DNA of 64,000 bases, from contig OX597815.1 of NCBI GenBank assembly GCA_951406725.2, positions 161,944,001-162,008,000 of the forward strand. The letters are read 5' to 3'. The position numbers and the translations under genes are program-made. A model generated the notes under the pieces. It ran no database searches. It was not told the origin of the DNA and saw only the letters and a list, made by a program, of their open reading frames with translations. The stretch comes from Octopus vulgaris (Eukaryota). Positions 54,407 through 64,000 of this stretch are shown here, one piece after another (the stretch's first letter is position 1; each line of letters begins with the position of its first letter).

Positions 54407-54706
54407 TAATCAAAATAAGCAACAAGGATATCCAAAGGTGATGCACTACGATCGTTTCACACAACTCCATTTAATTGAAGGATGCAACCATTACATCAAT
54501 TTAAATGCAGATTAATCCTCTGCTGCACAAAGACATAGAATTTAATTAAATTAAAACAGATGGACACATTATTATAATTTTACCTAAAATCTCCAAGAAG
54601 TTAAGGAGATAGACAAAGAACATGCTGCCTTCACTTCCACTTAGAAGTTGCGTGAAGCAATCATACTACATTACCTCTGGATATCTTTGTTGCTTATTTT
54701 CATTCT
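54407..54706. repeat. diverged inverted repeat (~60-80-bp arms)
   Basis: aaaataagcaacaaggatatccaaaggt...caact pairs with agttg...acctctggatatctttgttgcttatttt. Confidence 0.65.
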
Positions 54707-54810
54707 AATCACCTTATTTTGAAATTGTATGGATAATACCATAATAAATTCTGGTACCATATTCATCTGAATCTAAATTTTTGCCTATATGTATATATAT
54801 ATATATATAC

Positions 54811-55313
54811 ATAATAAAAGGCTTCCAAATAAGGAAGCGTAGTGCTAGAAACACAAAAAGGGATAAATTCATGAAAGGAATGAAAATTAAAAACATTTAC
54901 CATCTCAGCAATATCCCAGACCGAACGGTTTCTACCTATTTTTAGCAAACACACAGAATATATTTTTGCCAGGCAAGGTTCTTCAGTGGGAAGCCTTTGT
55001 AATCCTAGACGCACAGGCTGTTAGAAGCACATGTAGATCTAACGGTTAGATCTACATGTGCTTCTAACATGTAGATCTAACCGTTAGATCTACATGTGCT
55101 TCTAACAGTCTGCGCGTCTAGGATTACGAAGGCTTCCCACTGAAGAACCTTGCCTGGCAAATATATTCTGTGTGTTTGCTAAAAATAGGTAGAAACCGTT
55201 CGGTCTGGGATATAGCTGAGATGGTAAATGTTTTTAATTTTCATTCCTTTCATGAATTTATCCCTTTTTGTGTTTCTAGCACAACGCTTCCCTATTTGGA
55301 AGCCTTTTATTAT
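54811..55313. repeat. ~500-bp near-perfect palindrome with doubled hairpin centre
   Basis: The arms are reverse complements with few mismatches, as shown by near-identical ORF translations on opposite strands (54763-55014 minus and 55170-55376 plus). Confidence 0.9.
55135..55210 (+). ncRNA. type I hammerhead ribozyme (mirror copy 54914-54991 on minus)
   Basis: tccca-CTGAAGA-acct...aggt-a-GAAA-ccgttcg-GTC-tggga: 5-bp stem I, stem II, stem III and a GUC cleavage triplet. Confidence 0.7.
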
Positions 55314-56579
55314 ATTTCTATACGAAAAATATATAGTCTAATGACTAATTCGTCTTTTGTGCTAGGCCACTGGTAATAATAATTTATCTTATTACCCTAT
55401 TTGATTATGTTTATATTTATATATATACTTTATTTTAAGCAGCAGAAAATTCAACAAAATCTGTTACTCTGAGTTTCTCGTTGCCGTTCATCAGACAGTT
55501 TTTGCTAGAATGGAACTGATATATCAATTCAATCTATACTCTTACAAACGCTACACCTTTAAAAAGAAATGGACTTGTTTGATTGGCCCTTTAGAAAAAA
55601 ACTGTCAATCTTCGAGCGATAAACAAAAAGGTCAAAAATATATGTATATATATATAAAAAACTTATAAAAATTATAAAATCCGAGGAAAAAACCTATTGA
55701 CGTTAATGAAGACAGTGCAAATTAATGCATAGAAATTAAACCTGTTATAAATACTGCAATACATATTTATATTAAAATCTACATATATATATCAACATAC
55801 ACAAAAGGATGCGCGTAAACGCCATACATACATATACAGACGTATGAATATAAATCTAAATACACACATAAAAGCATGTGTACATATATTCACGCAAACC
55901 GTCTCGCACGCAAGCTAAAATTCATCTACGTAGCAATTCTCATATACTGAGCAAGGAGGGGGAACGAAAGAAAGGGAGAGAGAGAAAAAGGAACGAAGGA
56001 GAGGTGGGGAAAAAACGAAATAAGAAAAAATTATGTATACAAGCAGTGTAACGGTGTTATTGGCATATATAGAGACCAGTATACATACACAAGTTTGAAT
56101 AGATACATATACATACCGTCGTGTATATGTGTGCTTAAGCACAAACATACTTTCACTTACACATACACAGATACGCATGCTTACAAATACATATGCTTTG
56201 CTATACACATACTTATATAAACATTCTAATTTTGACAACATTGCTTTTTTAAAAAAAAAACATTGCTTTTAAAAAATGGGTGCATTAATAAAAATATATA
56301 CGAAAGACATATAAAATAAAATATAACATCCTATTTTGGGTCATTTATAAATAATCAAGGTAATATAAATAATCAAGGTAATCCTATGCAATACAATAAC
56401 ATGAAAACAAAGTTTGTAGGTTTTTCCTAATATATATGTAGAAACATAAGACTTTGCTATACGGATTAAGATCCGCATAGCTTGGAAACAAAAACAAAAA
56501 CAAAATCAAAATCCATCGTAGCGCTCATCGTTCAAGAGTCAAAATCAAAATCAAAAATCAAAAATACAAAATATATACT

Positions 56580-57051
56580 CTATCCATATGGTATATTTAT
56601 ATTCGACATTTTAAATTTAGCCGCATGCCTACATAAGTTCATTAGCTCACTTCTTTGATTCAAAGAATTATTGTCTTTGAATAAGATGTACATTTTTTCT
56701 AATAGACAAAGTCTGCACTTGAAATTATTTTTGTAAGCTCCATGCCTGTATGGTGCCGCCCTGTCCAGAATGCTCCATGTCACGTTGAAAGGTGGGGCTT
56801 CCTTTTCTTTTAGTTCCCAGACATATTTTGCTAGGCTGGTTTTCTTCCTATTCTCTGGGTATTTAAATGAATTTTTATGAGAATAAAATCTTGTTTTAAA
56901 TTAATTTTCTGAAGCCCCTGTGTATGTCTTGTATTCCGATGAGCCTTCCACTTGCACCTTGGCTCTATAAACTACTCCTTTCACTAGACATTTCCCTTCT
57001 AACGGACAGGAGCTTTCGTTTTTGAAATTACATTTCTTAATGGGCTCGGCA
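56580..57051 (-). pseudogene. GIY-YIG endonuclease C-terminus of Penelope-like element
   Basis: CNFKNESSCPLEGKCLVKGVVYRA...YTGASEN*FKTRFYSH...SLAKYVWELK...WSIL...CRLCLLEK, with one in-frame stop at 56901-56903. Confidence 0.85.
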
Positions 57052-57803
57052 CCATTTTTTAAAAGCAATGTTGTCAAAATTAGAATGTTTATATAAGTAT
57101 GTGTATAGCAAAGCATATGTATTTGTAAGCATGCGTATCTGTGTATGTGTAAGTGAAAGTATGTTTGTGCTTAAGCACACATATACACGACGGTATGTAT
57201 ATGTATCTATTCAAACTTGTGTATGTATACTGGTCTCTATATATGCCAATAACACCGTTACACTGCTTGTATACATAATTTTTTCTTATTTCGTTTTTTC
57301 CCCACCTCTCCTTCGTTCCTTTTTCTCTCTCTCCCTTTCTTTCGTTCCCCTCCTTGCTCAGTATATGAGAATTGCTACATAGATGAATTTTAGCTTGCGT
57401 GCGAGACGGTTTGCGTGAATATATGTACACATGCTTTTATGTGTGTATTTAGATTTATATTCATACGTCTGTATATGTATGTATGGCGTTTACGCGCATC
57501 CTTTTGTGTATGTTGATATATATATGTAGATTTTAATATAAATATGTATTGCAGTATTTATAACAGGTTTAATTTCTATGCATTAATTTGCACTGTCTTC
57601 ATTAACGTCAATAGGTTTTTTCCTCGGATTTTATAATTTTTATAAGTTTTTTATATATATATACATATATTTTTGACCTTTTTGTTTATCGCTCGAAGAT
57701 TGACCGTTTTTTTCTAAAGGGCCAATCAAACAAGTCCATTTCTTTTTAAAGGTGTAGCGTTTGTAAGAGTATAGATTGAATTGATATATCAGTTCCATTC
57801 TAG

Positions 57804-57853
57804 CAAAAACTGTCTGATGAACGGCAACGAGAAACTCAGAGTAACAGATTTTG
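57804..57853 (+). ncRNA. minimal hammerhead ribozyme motif (sense-orientation copy 55455-55504 on minus)
   Basis: aaaactgt-CTGATGA-acg gcaa cga-GAAA-ctc a ga-GTA-acagatttt. Confidence 0.65.
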
Positions 57854-57932
57854 TTGAATTTTCTGCTACTTAAAATAAAGCATATTACTCTACCACTGGT
57901 ATTTGAGTACTCTTTTTTCCACCTTGTTTCAC

Positions 57933-57993
<61 letters not shown>

Positions 57994-58055
57994 ATTAAGT
58001 TAGACATGGCCTGGGCCAATAATGGCGAAACCTATCAAAGTATCAAAGTATCAAA

Positions 58056-58139
<84 letters not shown>

Positions 58140-58439
58140 GTATATATAGATATATGCATATATACATAAGTATACATATAAGATAATGGTTTCACGTTTT
58201 GGCACAGGATTAGCACTTTTCTGGAAGAAGGGTATGTCAATTACATTGAACCCTATACTTCCCTGGTACTTACATTATTGATTCCAAAAGGGTGAAAGGT
58301 CAAGTTGAATTTGAGCTTAGAACTTAAAAACAGACAAAATACCACTAAACAATTTGTGAGGCATGCTAAAGCTTCAGCACGCTCACTGCCTTATGTATAT
58401 ATATAAGTATATATATGTATATATATATATATATATAAA

Positions 58440-58615
58440 TTAGAAATATTGAATTTCTAAATGTCTCAGAGAGACATGAACGGTGGTGGAGCGATATAGT
58501 GGTCGTATACTGTCAACTCAACATGACAGTCCCATAAGGGAATTACATCACTGCCATTTAGCCCTAGGAAACATCGACGTTTCCTGTCGGCTTTGACACA
58601 TTTTCTGTGTCCTTA
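58440..58615. other. multi-hairpin repeat, diverged homologue of 28618-28795
   Basis: Colinear with the 28.6-kb element. Stems are retained while loops differ. Confidence 0.75.
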
Positions 58616-58654
58616 TATTTGCAAAGGGGAGGCAATCACCCCCGCCAGCTGGCC

Positions 58655-58848
58655 TCTTGACTGACTCCTGTGCTGTCCGCACGTAAAAAGCACCCACTAC
58701 ACTCTCGGAGTGATTGGCGTTAGGAAGGGCATCCATCTGTAGAAACATTGCCAAATCAGACTGGAGCCTGGTGCAGCCACTGGCTTTCCAGACTTCAGTC
58801 AAACCATGCCAGCATGGAAAACGAACATTAAATGATGATGATGATGAT
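58655..58848 (+). mobile_element. RTE 3'UTR fragment
   Basis: Family 3'UTR with a (GAT)n tail. Confidence 0.7.
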
Positions 58849-59691
58849 TAGAACCAGTCTTTGATCCCAAGTAATCAGGCAAGTTGGCACCAAAACGGTA
58901 TTTATAAAATCAGAATTAGTATTTGTACTATTTTTGCAGATTGAGCATTAAGTACTTTATACCTGAACTGAAGTGAGGACAAGGAATGCAAAAACTTTGA
59001 AAAATCACATGAAGGAGAACAGCAAAGAGGACGAAGTAAAGAAGGAAAAATAAAATATGTATGTAGCATAAGAAATAAAGTTACAATTAAGGCAATGTAA
59101 AGTTAAGACAGAACAGATATTAAAAAATATTTTAAAAGACTGGATGAGAAGAGAGTGGGGTGAGAAAGAGAGAGAGGGAGGGAAGGAGTGAGAGAGAGAG
59201 AGAGAAAGAAAGAACAAAAGAAAGAATGAAAGGAACGAAGGAAGAGATTGAGGGAGGGAGTGAGTGACTGAGTGAGTGAGTGAGTGAGTGGGGGAGAGAA
59301 AGATTAAAAAGAAAGATAAAGAAAGAGAGAAAGGAAGGAAGAAAGAAAGAAAGAAAGGAAAGAAGGAAGAAAGAAAGAAAGATGGAAAGGGAAAAGAAAA
59401 AGAGAGACAGAGTGAAAGAGAGAAAGAAAGAAAGAAAGAAAGAAATGAAGAGAGAAAGAAAGGAAGGAAAGAAGGAAGGAAGGAAGAAAGAAAGAAAGAA
59501 AGAAAGAAAGCATGAAAGAAAGTGTGAAGGAAACATGTCAGTAATTTAAAAAATGCCAGCTTTAAAATGCCATTTATTGCTTGAACAGATGCTTGTAATA
59601 TACTATAAATAAGTCATGTGGTTACAGGTGATGCTATAAATGGATATGTATGTGTGTGTATGAGCTTGTGAAGATGATTATGGTGATGGTT

Positions 59692-59724
<33 letters not shown>

Positions 59725-59802
59725 TTGGTGAATGTGTTTACGAATGGAAATATATAAATGTGTGTGCGTGTGTGCTTCTGTGTGTGTGTGCGTGTGCATG
59801 TG

Positions 59803-59835
<33 letters not shown>

Positions 59836-59984
59836 AAGAGATTGGTGAATGTGTTTGCAAATGGAAATACATACATGTGTGTGTGTGTGTGTGTGTGTAT
59901 ACGGATGGATGGATGGATGGATGGATATATATTAATATATATAGCAAGAAAATATTTTGACTAATGTACTTTTTAAGAGCATGC

Positions 59985-60310
59985 CCTTTAATCAGACACC
60001 CACAGAAAGCAACAGGTTGTTTATGGAGATGACACCATTGATAATAGCAATGTGCACAGATCCATGAAGTTTGAGGACACGAGCACTCATGACAAACCAC
60101 CCAGTGGCAGAACATCAACTGTGACCACAAATCACCAGTGAGTTGACAAATTGTTTAACGCTGAGAGAGAGAAAGAGAGATAGAGTCACAATTCATGAAG
60201 TTGTAGCACAACTGGACTATGGTCACAATGTATTACAGAATAGGCAGAAGATTTTGGGTATCAGAAAGTGCATATGAAGTGGGTACTTCCCTTGCTGAGG
60301 ACTCAATGAT
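59985..60310 (+). mobile_element. mariner transposase N-terminal remnant
   Basis: VYGDDTID...DKPPSGR...VTIHEVVAQL...GYQKV..KWV, resembling the HTH domains and WVP linker; heavily decayed. Confidence 0.55.
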
Positions 60311-60429
60311 GGCATGTTGCTTCTGCTTGAAACCCATTATTTAGCTGCAGTGGAGAGCAAGAAGAAGAGTTATGCTACCAACACATGCAGTTTGACTGAC
60401 TTATGTCAGTTAATAATAAAGATATGCCC

Positions 60430-60803
60430 ACTTGGTGGCATGTAAAGAGCACCTTTCAAGCATTGGGTCTCACAGAGGCAAAGTGGCCGAGTTCCTTTCG
60501 AGTTGGGCCCCACGGAAAGAATGAGCAAAACTTTTGTCATTATGTCGTGCTTGAAAAGAAGACCCATCAAGCCGAGTAAAATCACAGTCATGGCAAATGC
60601 TGGTGTCATGCAAATGGCACCCATACCAGTGACACACAAAAGCACTCATTATACTCTCAGAGTGGTTGGTGTTAGGAAGGGCATCCAGCTGTAGAAAAAC
60701 ATGCCAAATCAGACTGGAGTCTGGTGCAGCCTTACAGCTTACCAGTCCTGGTCTAACCGTCCAACCCATGCTAGCATGGACAACAGGCATTAAATGATGA
60801 TGA
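60430..60803 (+). mobile_element. RTE 3'UTR fragment
   Basis: Family 3'UTR with a (GAT)n tail. Confidence 0.65.
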
Positions 60804-60819
60804 TATGTATATAAAAGGA

Positions 60820-62879
60820 AATAAAGAAAATGCTGACAAAATAATTTAAGTAATTTAAGTAATTTAATTAGGTGAAAGTTCTTTTTACCGGTTGCGCATT
60901 TGTTATGCTTATCAAAAGATGTTTTTTTAAGAGAGATAGAGTTACTTTCTGATAGATTTTTTCCTCTTATCTGACTTTATGTTGGGTTTGCTGTCTCTTA
61001 TATGTGAAAAAAGAGGCTCCAGAGTTGTTTAAGATTTGCTTGGTTTCGCGCCTAAAATTTCTTGTGGACAATGGTCAATACAATTTTGATTGGTCATTAT
61101 GAAGGGGTCACGTGAATGTTTGAATGGAAGTTGGTGTTGGGGTAAGAAAAAGGCTCCAGAGAAGTTAAAATTTGGCTAGTGTTGCGCCTAAAATTTCTTA
61201 TTGGTCATAATAAAGAGGTCACGTGGATGTGGTCATAATAGAGAGGTCACGTGAATGTTTAGAATTTTCGAAAATAGCGTTGTTGAAAATTCTTATTGTT
61301 CAGGCTGGTCAGTAGACGTCATGTGGATATTTTAAATAGCTTTTTAGCGCGTAGTTAGGGAGTGGTTGATGCATATACCACAGTTGGGTCTTCCATAGAA
61401 GAACTGGAAGAGATATCTTGATGACTGCTTCATCCTTTGGCCCGAAACCGTCGAGAAGCTTAAAGAATTTCACACCCTTATAAATGGGCTCAACACAAAC
61501 ATTATTTTCACAATGGAATACAGCCCTCAACAAATTCCCTTCCTCGACATCCTCATTAAAATTCACAACAAAAAAATAGAAACAGACATATACTACAAGC
61601 CCACAGACTCCAAACAATACCTCCCTTTCAATTCATGCCACCCAAGACACGTTAAAATTAACATTCCCTACAACTTAGCCAAGAGAATTTGCACTATAGT
61701 CTCCGATAAAAACACCCGTCCCTTACGTCTACAAGAACTCAAGGACACATTAACAAGCAGGGATTACCCCACGTCACTAATTGACAATGGGATCCAACGC
61801 ACCCTAAAACTCAGCACACAGGAACTTAGACGCCCTAAACCTGTTACATCGAAACCCCATACTCTACCATACATCTCTACACACAACCCCCTCAACAATG
61901 AAGCCTTTGACACCATCCTCCAGAACATTCCTGTATTAAAAAAGGACCATAGAATGAACCAAATCCTCCTAACACACGAAATCATAAAGAGCAAAAGGCA
62001 ACCCAAATCATTGAAAACCATCCTAACAAATGCCAAAGTACTGCCAACCACAACAACTAAACCCACAGTAAACAAATGCAATAGACCCAACTGTGGTATA
62101 TGCATCAACCAAATAGAAGGTCCAGAATTCCTTTTTAAACAAGGACAACGTTTCACAGTAAAACACAACTTCACATGCGCATCAGAAAACCTAGTATATG
62201 TCTTAACTTGCTCGGGCTGTAATGAACACTACATAGGCCAAACTAAAAATAGCCTCCGCCAACGCATGACTGTCCACAGATTTCAAATAAAAATACAGGA
62301 ATACAGAAAAATAGCACTTAGTGCACATATTGATACCTGTGCCGCACAACTTCATCCCAATTTTAGAATCTTTCCCCTCTACAAATTTAAAGACAATGCC
62401 ACTCATACCCAGCGAATAACCATGGAATCCCACCTTATTAATAAATACAGACCACTTCTAAACACATCCCCCTAACACGAACCCACAACAAACACACTTA
62501 CACCTGCACACACCCTACATACACTTTTACCCAGATATTAACACCATGACACACGCAAATATATGGTTCCACACATACACATAATTGGATACGGGTGCAA
62601 AACATCCAACACTATTTTTGGAAATGACTGTAAATATTGACTTCACACAAACACGTTGCTTCCCGATACAGGCACAAGGCCAGCAGAACTATAAATATTG
62701 AAAATTGTACCCACACACGCACACATATATACACGCGCGCGCGCGCGCCCCAACATACATATAAACACACATACATACAGCTCTTCCTGTCCTAAATGAA
62801 CTTACTTATCCAGCTCAAATTCAGTCAAGCGGAAAATACACTCCCTAACTACGCGCTAAAAAGCTATTTAAAATATCCA
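60820..62879 (+). mobile_element. 5'-truncated Penelope-like element with inverted 5' pseudo-LTR
   Basis: RT remnant plus GIY-YIG ORF. 61324-61364 is the exact reverse complement of 62839-62879. Degenerate hammerhead at 60880-60919 on minus. Confidence 0.8.
61399..62475 (+). pseudogene. Penelope-like RT C-terminus, thumb and GIY-YIG endonuclease (5'-truncated, open frame)
   Basis: In-frame WKRYLDDCF (YLDD at 61414-61425) upstream of ORF 61513-62475, which contains IPFLD, YYKPT, SCHP, CxxxxCxxC and NLVYVLTC..C...YIGQT...RMTVH. Confidence 0.88.
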
Positions 62880-62907
62880 GGTAGGGTGGGGAGTATTTTT
62901 ATTGCAC

Positions 62908-63094
62908 AATCAGCAACTAAGTTCCTGCCGTTTTTCAAATTAAAATTTTTTAAAAGGTTTAATAAAAAACTAACAACAAATTAATCAATAATGTATTCAT
63001 CCTTGTTGTTTACAACTTCTTTCCAACGTTCAACAAGATTTTCAATACCTTTTTCGTAGAAATCACCCAATTTCGACTTGAAAAATTGATCCAA
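62908..63094 (-). mobile_element. mariner transposase C-terminus and terminal repeat
   Basis: Minus strand translates LDQFFKSKLGDFYEKGIENLVERWKEVVNNKDEYIID*. TIR-like tcagcaactaagttcctgccgtttt. Confidence 0.75.
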
Positions 63095-63845
63095 CAAAGC
63101 ACGGGGGCAGTCGGAGTTGGATCTCAGCATTCCCTGCTTTACACATGGACAACTGTATTGGGGCTGTTTGAGGGTTGGCTATTTGACAAACCTTTTCTAC
63201 TATGCTCCAGATGGAGTAACAAGGAATGTTGTCTACAAGGCTGCACTCCACTAGCTTTTCCATGCCCTTGAACACCCCGCAAAGTAAGTTAGCTTAAAAT
63301 TAGTTACTTAGTTCCCTAGGTTGTTGCTTATCACCAAAAATCACCCCAAGTTGATTTCCTACATATTTTATCGGATAAACTTATTATTGTCCCAGGTACA
63401 TTCTCATAAACTCATCATGCTTTTCCATCTATATATACCTCCAGCTAACCCATTTGCATGCATCGTTTTTGTCCTGCTTTTCTTCCATCAACCTGTAGAT
63501 AACTGCACCTTCCATTTTTTGTTGTTTTTGTACTGCTTAAAGACACGTTTGTTTCCTGCCAAGCTTACTATTTAAACCATGTTTGTGTTCTCCCAGTCAA
63601 CAGCCTTATCATTACTGGTACTTTAAACTCTTCGGTAGCATATTTGTGTGAATAAAATCGTTTTTCTTTGGTATAGAAAAAAAGTCTATCTTTATTTCGT
63701 CTTTTGTTGGTATCTCAAATTTAGGTCAAATCAGTGTTTCTCAAAGGGGAGGCCTATGGGACGGTTGGACAAGTTGTTTTGAGAAAATTTGGTTTAAATG
63801 TTTGACAACTCAGCACCGTCCATTGGACAGGGGGCTTTTTGCTCG

Positions 63846-63895
<50 letters not shown>

Positions 63896-63956
63896 ACAGC
63901 GTGTGTATTGTTGGCAATTTTCTTTCTCCGTCTTGCTTTCTTTGGACTTTTTCTAT

Positions 63957-63991
63957 ATTTCTGATGAAGAACTCTGCTTGAAATGTGAAAT
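63957..63991 (+). ncRNA. degenerate minimal hammerhead motif (relative of 17278-17312)
   Basis: attt-CTGATGA-agaac tct gctt-GAAA-tgtg-aaat, with stems II and III damaged. Confidence 0.4.
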
Positions 63992-64000
63992 CCTCTTTCT

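Larger units (their letters stand above)
55428..57935 (-). mobile_element. 5'-truncated Penelope-like element with ~830-bp inverted pseudo-LTRs
   Basis: 55428-56279 is the near-exact reverse complement of 57052-57880. The spacer encodes a GIY-YIG C-terminus on the minus strand. Flanked by (TA)n. Confidence 0.85.

Noticed and set aside
58524-58533. UGACAGUCC identical to the hairpin-ribozyme substrate strand
   Set aside because: The opposing AGAA loop and loop B are missing, and the motif is not kept in the 28.6-kb copy.
63150-63600. Possible second GIY-YIG remnant on minus (WSIVEK, AVIYR)
   Set aside because: Too degenerate to support without a profile search.

Overview
AT-rich, microsatellite-dense eukaryotic (animal) DNA. 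The repeat families suggest a cephalopod such as Octopus, which is an inference from recalled family resemblance. I found no credible host protein-coding gene, and nearly all ORFs in the track are microsatellite or SINE artefacts. The window is mostly decayed transposons. It holds a near-full-length R4/Dong-type non-LTR retrotransposon and a 5'-truncated relative in tandem inside (AAT)n (42.0-48.2 kb), plus further RLE-type fragments. A decayed hAT transposase is split by two nested non-autonomous Helitrons (8.6-11.1 kb). There are also Penelope-like elements with GIY-YIG domains and inverted pseudo-LTRs (55.4-57.9 and 60.8-62.9 kb), mariner remnants, RTE LINE 3' ends and many tRNA-derived SINEs. 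Three non-coding signals stand out: several distinct hammerhead-ribozyme motifs, some inside large fold-back palindromes; a palindrome with flip/flop hairpin centres; and a multi-hairpin motif present twice (28.6 and 58.4 kb) with apparent compensatory base changes that I cannot assign to a known RNA family. Coordinates were read by eye, and boundaries without a cited junction motif are approximate.
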